DNA of 35,112 nt from a virus (Duplodnaviria; Caudoviricetes): positions 1-35,112 of IMG/VR virus record IMGVR_UViG_3300044608_000441. One strand, 5' to 3'. The position numbers and the translations under genes are program-made. Below are positions 27,329 through 35,049 of the stretch, piece after piece. Under the pieces are notes generated by a model that was not told where the DNA came from, did not search any database, and was given only the letters and a program-made list of their open reading frames with translations. How positions within the stretch are numbered: the first letter of the stretch is position 1; every line of letters begins with the position of its first letter.

Positions 27329-27557
27329 GTATGTTTACCCCTTCTTGCTTACTAATGATTTGCAAACTGTTACCCTGCATTCCGCAGGCGAAACAGATGA
27401 ATATATTATTGTTGAGATTAGCACTTCCCGACTGGTGAGTGTCGGAGTGGAATGGGCACTTGAGATTAACTTGCCCGTAAGTTTGTCGTATGTGTGCTCC
27501 GTAGTGTGTAAGTACTTCTCTGATACTTGGTAGGTCGTTATCATTTTTTATCACCAT
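27177..27557 (-). CDS. DNA primase, CHC2 zinc-binding part
   Basis: CPFHSDTHQS...FICFACGMQGN. Probable start ATG 27557. Overlaps the TOPRIM ORF by 152 nt. Confidence 0.85.
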   Translation of the reverse strand: MVIKNDNDLPSIREVLTHYGAHIRQTYGQVNLKCPFHSDTHQSGSANLNNNIFICFACGMQGNSLQIISKQEGVNIREAKHIAERITGEGDGKLRGKHLSGGRLPKKQGNSSGNSTAGAIRRSRGT

Positions 27558-27888
27558 ACCCTGCCTCTCTAAGCAGATTAACTGCATCTTCAAGTCTTAA
27601 GACTACAACCCAATCTTTAATTTTCTGTTCCCCCTGTCCGTTAAGTCTTAGGCAAACTAACCCAAGAATTCCATTCTTTGCACGTTCCTTTAATTGTGCA
27701 ATAGCACTAGATGGATTAAACCCAGTTCGTGCTTTTACTTCCCAATCAACACCAATACAACCAGTTATATCAGAGCCACTACGTCCTGCCCCCGTGCTTT
27801 CGGCATACGGAAATCCATTCTCCGCTAAGTACATAGCCAAAACTTTTTGACTACGATAACCTCTATGCTTACGGGATTGTGATGGCAC
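27541..27888 (-). CDS. Holliday junction resolvase-like PD-(D/E)xK protein
   Basis: SRKHRGYRSQ..LA.YL...G...GSDI....WEVKAR. Confidence 0.7.
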   Translation of the reverse strand: MPSQSRKHRGYRSQKVLAMYLAENGFPYAESTGAGRSGSDITGCIGVDWEVKARTGFNPSSAIAQLKERAKNGILGLVCLRLNGQGEQKIKDWVVVLRLEDAVNLLREAGYGDKK

Positions 27889-28082
27889 TAGTATGCACTC
27901 TTGTCCTTCTTTAGAATTCTAATAGCCCAATCTAATCCTTGATTAAGACCATCACCCCACTCATCTGTAGGTTTAATCTTTGCTTGTTCAATCTTATTAA
28001 TAAAGTTTTGTATCTCTGCATTAACTTCAAGCAATACAAGTTGTCGTATCTCTTGAGTCATATCATCTTCTTCTTGTATCAT
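27888..28082 (-). CDS. Hypothetical protein (64 aa)
   Basis: Start reassigned to ATG 28082 (AAGGAG upstream); GLNQGLDWAIRIL. Confidence 0.7.
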   Translation of the reverse strand: MIQEEDDMTQEIRQLVLLEVNAEIQNFINKIEQAKIKPTDEWGDGLNQGLDWAIRILKKDKSAY

Positions 28083-28083
28083 A

Positions 28084-28563
28084 CTACTCCTTGAACTCAG
28101 TGATTGGCACTCGCCAGCCATTAATATAGGAATCATACCATTCGTCCTTCATATACTGGGTAGGCGCAACGTATCCATATACCTCAACTTTTGAGTAGTA
28201 ATCTGTATCTAATACCTTCGCCCCAAAAATCAATTTGTCTAAATCCTTTTCCCAAAAAGGAATAGATGTTTGTGTCCGCACTGACCTTACCTCAAACCTA
28301 TCTCCAACATCGGGCAAGGATTGACGTCTAGTATGTAGGCCATTGGGGTACCAAGGGACATTCCAAGATGCGTTGTATTGCTTTGCTACTGCCCATTCAC
28401 AAACATTAGCCCGCACATTAGATAACAATTCGTGTTCCAGTTTTCCATCTGCTTTGCCTTGGGCATAGTTAGGTTTGTCAATCGAGCCAAACTTTGTAAG
28501 CCAACGCTCAGTAGCCAACATAGTGCACACACGTACTTCTTCCTGACTTAAGTCAACAATCAT
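28084..28563 (-). CDS. Hypothetical protein, possible degenerate PD-(D/E)xK fold (159 aa)
   Basis: CEWAVAK...PDVG..FEVRS; TAATG overlap with the helicase gene. Confidence 0.65.
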   Translation of the reverse strand: MIVDLSQEEVRVCTMLATERWLTKFGSIDKPNYAQGKADGKLEHELLSNVRANVCEWAVAKQYNASWNVPWYPNGLHTRRQSLPDVGDRFEVRSVRTQTSIPFWEKDLDKLIFGAKVLDTDYYSKVEVYGYVAPTQYMKDEWYDSYINGWRVPITEFKE

Positions 28564-29345
28564 TATATGTTCTCTGGTATATCATCCATAAACATATACT
28601 CAGGATTAAAGGCTAACCACGTCAGTAAATTAGCGTTAGCGTCTGCTCTGCCGTATCTATTTTTGACAGGAGCAACAGCCATAGAAGTACCAACAACACC
28701 CAAAGTACAGATGAGAGCAGGTAGTTGTGCCACCTTTCCTTGAAGGGCGGAACGTGGCTGACAAGGGTCACCACTAACAGCCTCAGAAGTATGATGTAAA
28801 ATAATGACAGCAGCATTAGTTGCACGAGCAAGATACTTTAACTCCTTCATAATCGCTCTCATTGAAGCGAACTCTTCGCCCCCATCAGTTGCAATATCCA
28901 TTAAGTTATCTACAAAGATAGCAACTGGAGGACAACCCCATAGTTCTTCAAAGGCTTGAACCTCTTCATCAATATCTTGTAGTGATGGACTAGATTCAAA
29001 CGACCACACAATGTGTGAACCTTTAGCAAGTGTTGCCTTAGTCCACCCATAATCTGTATTCATTAAACCTTCTACATCAGTTTGATTCTTACCTGAAATC
29101 ATTGAGGCAAGACGCATAGCCATAGTATGAGCATTGGTATCTGCTGATATATATAGGCTTGGTACTTTCATCTTTAATGCTAAGGCTAAAGCCAGTGTTG
29201 ACTTACCGACACCAGGGGTACCAGCAAGCATAGATACTTCTGCTCTACGTAAAATAATTTTATTACTATCAAATGCTCTGAACACAGAAGGTAGTGGTTC
29301 ACCACCAATATCTGTTCTACCTACAGCACGAACAAGGGTTCGCAT
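28563..29345 (-). CDS. DnaB-like/RecA-fold helicase (AAA_25)
   Basis: Walker A GTPGVGKS, LYISAD, Walker B IFVDNL, IILHH, VKNRYG arginine finger. Confidence 0.9.
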   Translation of the reverse strand: MRTLVRAVGRTDIGGEPLPSVFRAFDSNKIILRRAEVSMLAGTPGVGKSTLALALALKMKVPSLYISADTNAHTMAMRLASMISGKNQTDVEGLMNTDYGWTKATLAKGSHIVWSFESSPSLQDIDEEVQAFEELWGCPPVAIFVDNLMDIATDGGEEFASMRAIMKELKYLARATNAAVIILHHTSEAVSGDPCQPRSALQGKVAQLPALICTLGVVGTSMAVAPVKNRYGRADANANLLTWLAFNPEYMFMDDIPENI

Positions 29346-29365
29346 TAATCTCTCCTATCTAGTAA

Positions 29366-29416
29366 TGGTAAGGAGACTCTAAACCGTCTCCCCATAAATT
29401 GAGAATCCCCTTACCA
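29366..29416 (-). promoter_or_regulatory. Long RNA stem-loop upstream of helicase RBS
   Basis: UGGUAAGGGGAUUCU...AGAGUCUCCUUACCA, 15 bp with two G-U pairs on the minus strand. Confidence 0.6.
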
Positions 29417-29438
29417 ATATTTTAAAGTTCGGCTTGAA

Positions 29439-29816
29439 TTAGCCGTTTACTGGGGTGCACTGGTCCGCTCCCTGTGGTTGTGGGCAGACCCACATCTTGT
29501 ACGGTTTTCCGTTTTTCTTGCTGATACCACTCAAGAATTTCCGACTTCCGTGTACGCAAGTAGGCGACGCTTCCGATGTCGGGGCGATTGATGAGGTAAC
29601 TGCGGGCGTAATGCCTACTGTTGAACCAGTGGTCCCCAAAGGGGCTGCAGTGTAAGCACCTGCCAATAACTTTCCAGTTGCTGCAATCTGTGTAGCATAA
29701 TCGCTAACACCTTCAAGCAGTACTGATAGTTCGTCAGATGTATTAGCACGAACATTAATTAAATCTCCATTAGGAGACTTGTAGGAAACCTGTAGTTTCC
29801 AATCTTCGATTGCCAT
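29439..29816 (-). CDS. Hypothetical replication-region protein with C-terminal Cys/His Zn motif (125 aa)
   Basis: Start ATG 29816 (TAATG overlap); CVHG...GKPYKMWVCP...QC. Confidence 0.75.
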   Translation of the reverse strand: MAIEDWKLQVSYKSPNGDLINVRANTSDELSVLLEGVSDYATQIAATGKLLAGAYTAAPLGTTGSTVGITPAVTSSIAPTSEASPTCVHGSRKFLSGISKKNGKPYKMWVCPQPQGADQCTPVNG

Positions 29817-30412
29817 TATTTGCCTTTCGTAAATTGGCAGTGTTCTGTGAGTCCACAGAAACTGCACGATTGTAGGTTTGGTAAGAATATACCTGCCTTC
29901 CTAGCCTTATCGAATCCATCGACAAAGTATTCCAGCATATCTTTTGTATATCTACTAAGGTCAATCATCTCTCCTGTCCCCGACTCACGAGACATCCAGT
30001 AGTTACCTAGATTGACTTCAACACCAAGCATCATCTCTACACCAACTTTATAAAAGCCAAGTTGTAAATCAGATATTGGTTTACGTGAGGATGTTTTCAA
30101 GTCGACAATCACAAGTTGTCCGTTAACTTCAAATATCCTATCAATAAACATCTTCACTGGCACGTCAGCAATGATGGGATTTAACTCCAACTCGATAGCA
30201 CGGATACCCTGTGGGGTGGTCCATATCTTCCAGTCTTTATTATTTTTGCGCCAAGAGATGTAGTTGTCTACCCACTTGGAACCCTGTGTATTCCACCAAA
30301 CAGCATCTTCCTTGTTTGGGTTAGCAATAGTTGAACGCCCAGCAACACGAGCAGTACTTAAATCAATATCCTTGGTTTCAGTTTCCCAAGCCTTAACCCA
30401 TAACTCATTCAT
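29816..30412 (-). CDS. Cas4/RecB-like PD-(D/E)xK exonuclease, C-terminal part
   Basis: IELEL...FIDRI...IVDLKT...QLGFY...CSFC...C. Confidence 0.85.
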   Translation of the reverse strand: MNELWVKAWETETKDIDLSTARVAGRSTIANPNKEDAVWWNTQGSKWVDNYISWRKNNKDWKIWTTPQGIRAIELELNPIIADVPVKMFIDRIFEVNGQLVIVDLKTSSRKPISDLQLGFYKVGVEMMLGVEVNLGNYWMSRESGTGEMIDLSRYTKDMLEYFVDGFDKARKAGIFLPNLQSCSFCGLTEHCQFTKGK

Positions 30413-30593
30413 TTTCTAGGTCGTATAATTCTGTTGCTAAGTGAAATGCTCGTCCACCAGCAGACCAAATGCTAGGTTCTTCAGGTACTTGTAATAATCT
30501 TCCTAGGTAATACTGATAACCACAAGTTAAGTAAGTTGTAAATGCTGAGTAAGATACGTGAGCAGGTAATTCATAATCATTAAGTTTAATCAT
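30405..30593 (-). CDS. Cas4/RecB-like exonuclease, N-terminal part
   Basis: HVSYSAFTTYLTCGYQYYL...GRAFHLATE is the canonical N-terminus of this family. Confidence 0.8.
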   Translation of the reverse strand: MIKLNDYELPAHVSYSAFTTYLTCGYQYYLGRLLQVPEEPSIWSAGGRAFHLATELYDLENE

Positions 30594-30714
30594 CAAGACC
30601 TAATTTATCGTACAGATAATCTACTTCTTCTTTTAACTCTTTAATGTTTTGACTAAGAAGATATATTGAATCAGATAATTCTTCTATAAGTTCATTTACT
30701 TTTTTATTAAACAT
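30586..30714 (-). CDS. Coiled-coil microprotein (42 aa), first gene of replication operon
   Basis: Own translation MFNKKVNELIEELSDSIYLLSQNIKELKEEVDYLYDKLGLDD; CTAAGACAGGAG upstream. Confidence 0.7.
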   Translation of the reverse strand: MFNKKVNELIEELSDSIYLLSQNIKELKEEVDYLYDKLGLDD

Positions 30715-30788
30715 TCTTACTCCTGTCTTAGTTAGATTAGGTAGTCACAAGCGGAGGACAGGAGAGTACTCGACACATATGACTACCC

Positions 30789-30893
30789 AATATTATTATA
30801 TATTAGGTAATATTATATATTATAATTATATATTATATAAGGGGCTCCGCCCCTATATTATATTAATTATATTATATTAATAAGATAATTATA
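30789..30893. other. AT-rich island with central GC hairpin
   Basis: Nearly pure A/T flanking GGGGC-TCC-GCCCC (30841-30853). Confidence 0.55.
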
Positions 30894-30930
30894 CACACAA
30901 CCCTGACTTATGGAAGCCACACGACACGCC
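30888..30930 (-). promoter_or_regulatory. Candidate promoter for replication operon
   Basis: TATAAT at 30893-30888, poor -35, GGCGTGTCG (GACAC on the opposite strand) further upstream. Confidence 0.4.
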
Positions 30931-30940
30931 AAGAAATGAC

Positions 30941-30984
30941 AAAAAGACCCTCAAGATATAGGGATTACCTATACCTCAAGGGTC
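30941..30984 (-). terminator. Intrinsic terminator after lysis genes
   Basis: GACCCUUGAGGUAUAGG-UAAUC-CCUAUAUCUUGAGGGUC-UUUUU: 17-bp stem with three G-U pairs and a U-tract. Confidence 0.8.
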
Positions 30985-31025
30985 AAATGGTCTATAAAGG
31001 GCCTTTAAAGCCCGATTAAGGGTAT

Positions 31026-31238
31026 TTAATTAGAACCTATGCCGTACTCTTTTTCAGTCTTATCAGCCCATTTAGCCAATGGAGCAGCCAATGCGCCAAT
31101 TAGGATTGCTTGCTCTGGAGCAAGGTCGGCAGCAAGGGCTAAGCCCATTGTGATTGCTGATGCAATTACTGCACGGATGTAAGATTTAAAAGCAGCCTTT
31201 GTCTTAGGGTCTTTTAACTTAGCAACTAAGTCTTTCAT
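31026..31238 (-). CDS. Holin-like membrane protein (70 aa)
   Basis: Start ATG 31238 (GAAGGAG RBS, ATGA overlap with the endolysin gene). Two hydrophobic segments; SYIRA...KWAD...YG. Confidence 0.7.
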   Translation of the reverse strand: MKDLVAKLKDPKTKAAFKSYIRAVIASAITMGLALAADLAPEQAILIGALAAPLAKWADKTEKEYGIGSN

Positions 31239-31684
31239 TTGTTCTCCTTCTTTGGCAATGGCTTGACTGAAGCCTTTACCTTGTTGAGTGTTGTTACCTT
31301 TCCCAGCCAAGGAAACCAAGGTGACGTATCGTTACCGCAGTTATCTTTGATGGAAATATGTAAGTGTTTATTATGTGGATTTGAACCAGTATATCTGGCT
31401 TCGCCATTTTTGACTGACCAAATCTTACCTTGAAATATTAAATACTTAACTCTTGGGTCTGACTTTAACTTTTCATATATCTCAAAGCAATCAATACCAC
31501 CATCGATATCGTGAGTTAAGTCTACTGCATACCCAGTATTATGGTCTGAGTTAGGACTCTGTTTTAGGTGAGCAGCAGATGGAAGCAGACCATCGCTGGC
31601 TTTCTTGCGATTCGGTCTTAACGCCGTCGCTTGGCGCAACACAGCAATTGCAGCAGGCGTGGCTCTCTTGGCTACAGTTGTCAT
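31235..31684 (-). CDS. Endolysin, Zn peptidase (M15/Hedgehog-DD-peptidase-like)
   Basis: SDHNTGYAVD (H-x6-D) and NPHNKHLHIS (HxH); adjacent to the holin gene. Confidence 0.75.
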   Translation of the reverse strand: MTTVAKRATPAAIAVLRQATALRPNRKKASDGLLPSAAHLKQSPNSDHNTGYAVDLTHDIDGGIDCFEIYEKLKSDPRVKYLIFQGKIWSVKNGEARYTGSNPHNKHLHISIKDNCGNDTSPWFPWLGKVTTLNKVKASVKPLPKKENK

Positions 31685-31824
31685 ATTGACATCCATCCTT
31701 CATATTTTGCATCTGGATTATCTTTAAGCCATTGTTCTCTTAATAGGTTTTGATTAGGCCAACAAATATCAGTTGGGTCACAGCCACAGCCTTGACAGTT
31801 GTTGTCTATTTCTTTCTTATCCAT
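31681..31824 (-). CDS. Cys-rich microprotein (47 aa)
   Basis: Own translation MDKKEIDNNCQGCGCDPTDICWPNQNLLREQWLKDNPDAKYEGWMSI; fills the gap, ATGA overlap. Confidence 0.6.
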   Translation of the reverse strand: MDKKEIDNNCQGCGCDPTDICWPNQNLLREQWLKDNPDAKYEGWMSI

Positions 31825-32384
31825 ACTTGCCATCCCATACGTAATATTTCAATATCATCTTTATGTTTTGCTAGCCACGCATCTATTGCTGGCTTAGGGT
31901 TCTTATCTGTACCATCTGGATGGTCCCACTCATAGTCATCAAATGCCATAATGCCACCAGACTTAAGCAAGTCCCAAGATAAGTCTGCATCTAAAGTAAC
32001 TGACTCTGGTAGATGGTCACCATCAATATAGATAAAGTCATACTTAACCTCACGGTTATTCTTTAACCAGTCTCCGCTAAATGCTTTATGTGCTTGAACC
32101 TTTTTACCGTGTGGTTCTATCTGCTCTTTGTAGGCTTGTTGTATATCATTCCAGTCATAAATTGATTCGTGTTGCAAATTACCACACCAAGGGTCTATGT
32201 CCACAAGTAACGATGTTGGGTCTGTAAGAATATTTTCTAATAGCCAAGCAGATGCGTTGCCAGTAAAGACACCTATCTGTAGGAACTTAAGATTCTTTTT
32301 GCCCTTAAACTCTGCTAGTCCTGATTCAAAGTCTTGGACTGTTGCATTGTCATAAAACCACTTTGGAAAGTTATCTGCTTTCAC
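31806..32384 (-). CDS. Class I SAM-dependent methyltransferase (Methyltransf_24-like)
   Basis: LQIGVFTGNAS, DIDPW, YDFIYIDGDH, LLKSGGIMAFDDY. Confidence 0.85.
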   Translation of the reverse strand: MKADNFPKWFYDNATVQDFESGLAEFKGKKNLKFLQIGVFTGNASAWLLENILTDPTSLLVDIDPWCGNLQHESIYDWNDIQQAYKEQIEPHGKKVQAHKAFSGDWLKNNREVKYDFIYIDGDHLPESVTLDADLSWDLLKSGGIMAFDDYEWDHPDGTDKNPKPAIDAWLAKHKDDIEILRMGWQVWIRKK

Positions 32385-32626
32385 TTATTCTTTTTTTCAG
32401 CAAGTGACCTTTCATAGGCTCTTTGTCGCCATAGGTCCGCATCTCGTTTGGCTTCTATCTTTCTTTGTTTTGACGCTTCTGATTCTTGAGGCTTAATAGT
32501 TCTAGGCTTTATGTTACCACTGCCAGTATACATTCCACCTTGAGGCTTGTAAACTATACCAACATTTTCTCCACCAGGGTTATATATGCCGCCACTTGTT
32601 CTTGGTTTTGGTCTTCCTATTGCCAT
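32381..32626 (-). CDS. Hypothetical basic protein (81 aa)
   Basis: GGGAG RBS; GTGA overlap. Confidence 0.7.
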   Translation of the reverse strand: MAIGRPKPRTSGGIYNPGGENVGIVYKPQGGMYTGSGNIKPRTIKPQESEASKQRKIEAKRDADLWRQRAYERSLAEKKNK

Positions 32627-32644
32627 CTTATTTCTCCCTTGTTT

Positions 32645-32848
32645 TTACTTAGCGATTATTTGTTTCATTAACTCTGTTAAAAATTCTACTTTTTCCTCTA
32701 ACCTATTGACCTGGTCTTTTACACTTGAGCCACCGTTGGGGCGAAGTTCAGACAGATAGTATTTAACTAAGTGTCTTACTGTTATTGCCAACGTTCCTAC
32801 TAATGTAGTTATGGCAACTGCCAGTCCAGCCCATTCATTCGGTGTCAT
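32645..32848 (-). CDS. Small membrane protein with coiled coil (67 aa)
   Basis: N-terminal TM helix then ELRPNGGSSVKDQVNRLE, a pattern typical of actinophage lysis-region proteins. Confidence 0.7.
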   Translation of the reverse strand: MTPNEWAGLAVAITTLVGTLAITVRHLVKYYLSELRPNGGSSVKDQVNRLEEKVEFLTELMKQIIAK

Positions 32849-35049
32849 TATACTGTCCTAATCGTAATCTCAATTACGCCTCCGAATCCATCAAATCTTT
32901 TATCTGGTGGAGTCATACGTGTGAATGAGATTTGCTCAATAACTACCTGACGACTTTCGCCAGTAGTAAGGTCCTGCCAGGTGACAACATCGCCACCTTC
33001 TTCTACACCTTCAAGTAATTGTAATCTTGCTAGTGCCTTACCTTCATAGCCAGATACTACATTGTATCTATCTGTTTCAATATCAAAGCAGTAAACAGGG
33101 AATCTCATAATTCTTTGGCGAGGTGTAGCAATAGTAGCCTTGGCTTGATAGCCCTTAAATATAGGACCTGCGCTAGTAGTTGTAGCATCACGATTAAGAA
33201 TAAATTTGTAGGCTACATACTCTTGTGCTGTATCAGGATTAGATGTACCTACTTCAACTGCAGTTACTCCTGCTTCGTAGGTGATATGGTCATACTCAAC
33301 ACCATCTTTATCTACAGTCTCAAGGACTAATGAACCTTTAGTAAAGTCTCCACGAGCAAGTAAACGCTTAAAGTTTTTAGGTTCTAATGTTCCATAGCGA
33401 ATGTAACCGCTAGTGATAAAGCCAGTAGATGTTAGTGTTGCACTTGCTTCAATGTTAATGCTACCTACTTTGTTAACCTTACCAACAGGTGATACGGCAG
33501 TAGATGCTACGTTAGATGCAGTCTTAGCATAGGTAAATGTTGTAGTGGTTGGTACGCCAGTAACTGTGTACTGACCATTGAATGTAGAGTCAACGCCTTC
33601 TACCCATACAGAATCATCAACGGCTAGGCCGTGTGCTGCAGATGTAGTCAAGGTTGCTACGTTAGTTGTGAGTGCTTTGTTGTTTATTGAACCAGCATTA
33701 ACTGCTGTGGTAGCAAATACTAATCGGTCTGTTGTACCAGCAAATGCACAGGTTACTGTGCTATATCCAGATGTACCACTTACATATAAGTCATTAGCGT
33801 AAGCAAAGCGTAGAGTCTCTATCTCATTACCAAGGTCAATACGGATAACTCCTGCTGCTCCGTCTACACCAGTTGCACACCAGATGAATCTGTCTCGTGC
33901 AGCAAAGTCATAGCAAGGCTGAGTGGTTTCCACAATAAGTGGACCATAGTTAATGGAGCCGTCTTGGTCTGAGACAACTGCTGCACGGATTCCTTTGTTA
34001 GTACCTATCATCATATAACCTAGGTAGTAAAAAATCTTATGGATAATCTCTCCAACTGGCATCTCTGCTGCAGTAATAGCAGTAGTAAGAGTTGGCATAA
34101 CACCAGAGGTATTAAGAGTAAATTTAAATATGCTTGACTGGGTGCCACTATAACCTGCTATGTAGATGGCTGGACCAGAAGCGGTAATGCTTGAGAATAC
34201 AATATCAGTATCACTGTGTGTATATACAGGGCTTGGAAGGGTAGACGCAGATGAAGATATTTCATATATCTTATTGTTAATACCCATAACAATGCGGTCT
34301 TTAACATATTCCATAACAGCAGTATTTACAGTAATACCGTTGTCGCTAATCATAAGAGTATCACCAGCGCCAGATACTCCAGTTAACAACTTTTTATATA
34401 TACGCAATCTTGGAGTACCGCTAGCAACAATATTGGTAATCCAAAAGGCATTAGTACCATCATCACATATAGCATTAACTGCATAATCAGTTCCTGCTGC
34501 ATAATCTAAGAAATGTGTAACAGTTCCATCTTCTGCAATCTTATCTACATCATACTCATCCCATAGTAAGACACCATTAGTTCCACCGTACTCAATAGAA
34601 CGAGCAATCTGAAATGGTTTACCGTTAGTCTGAATTGCACCAGTTGTATAGTGTGTAGTAGCGGTGTCTTTAAGTAAGGTTACTTGTCCCTTAGTCCAAA
34701 CATTAACACCCTTGCTATCTGTAAATCTATAGTCAACAGTCTCACCAGCAGATGGGTCATAGAACTTTATACCTGAACCAGAGTGGAATGATGATTGAGA
34801 ACGTAACCACCAGCCAGTAAGTGATTGCTCACCTGGCTCTTTACCATTATCAAACTGGTCTTTCTTGTAAGGTGCAGTCTGTCTAATGTAAGGACGTGCA
34901 TCATTTATGGCATAGAAGAATGGTTGTCCACCAACTGCTACATCATAAGAGTCAGATGTATTCTGCCAGTATTGACTTGTAGATACGATACCAACATCAA
35001 CAGCAATTGCTTGATTGGCACGACCTTCGGTTATATCACGACCAGCCAC
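32848..35049 (-). CDS. Tail protein (tail tubular B / nozzle-like, beta-rich; 733 aa)
   Basis: AAGGAG RBS, GTG start. Repeated short beta-strand pattern consistent with a beta-propeller. Size and position fit a podovirus nozzle. Confidence 0.65.
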   Translation of the reverse strand: MAGRDITEGRANQAIAVDVGIVSTSQYWQNTSDSYDVAVGGQPFFYAINDARPYIRQTAPYKKDQFDNGKEPGEQSLTGWWLRSQSSFHSGSGIKFYDPSAGETVDYRFTDSKGVNVWTKGQVTLLKDTATTHYTTGAIQTNGKPFQIARSIEYGGTNGVLLWDEYDVDKIAEDGTVTHFLDYAAGTDYAVNAICDDGTNAFWITNIVASGTPRLRIYKKLLTGVSGAGDTLMISDNGITVNTAVMEYVKDRIVMGINNKIYEISSSASTLPSPVYTHSDTDIVFSSITASGPAIYIAGYSGTQSSIFKFTLNTSGVMPTLTTAITAAEMPVGEIIHKIFYYLGYMMIGTNKGIRAAVVSDQDGSINYGPLIVETTQPCYDFAARDRFIWCATGVDGAAGVIRIDLGNEIETLRFAYANDLYVSGTSGYSTVTCAFAGTTDRLVFATTAVNAGSINNKALTTNVATLTTSAAHGLAVDDSVWVEGVDSTFNGQYTVTGVPTTTTFTYAKTASNVASTAVSPVGKVNKVGSINIEASATLTSTGFITSGYIRYGTLEPKNFKRLLARGDFTKGSLVLETVDKDGVEYDHITYEAGVTAVEVGTSNPDTAQEYVAYKFILNRDATTTSAGPIFKGYQAKATIATPRQRIMRFPVYCFDIETDRYNVVSGYEGKALARLQLLEGVEEGGDVVTWQDLTTGESRQVVIEQISFTRMTPPDKRFDGFGGVIEITIRTV

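Larger units (their letters stand above)
19599..27603. repeat. Dispersed CTTAAGAC / GTCTTAAGAC motif array (22 copies here, plus one at 17581)
   Basis: GTCTTAAGAC at 19599, 20453, 20928, 21595, 21678, 23056, 25970, 26383, 27594. GACTTAAGAC at 20635, 21014, 21289, 22005, 22536. CTTAAGAC at 19826, 22155, 25245. Reverse GTCTTAAG at 23797, 24399, 24741, 25090, 25685. Confidence 0.9.

Noticed and set aside
29816-30593. CRISPR-associated cas4
   Set aside because: Stand-alone phage exonuclease in a replication operon; no cas1/cas2 or array.
31806-32384. DNA methyltransferase protecting the CTTAAG sites
   Set aside because: Motifs (IDGDH, GGIMAFDDY) match small-molecule/glycan methyltransferases; no DPPY/NPPY or PC catalytic motif.
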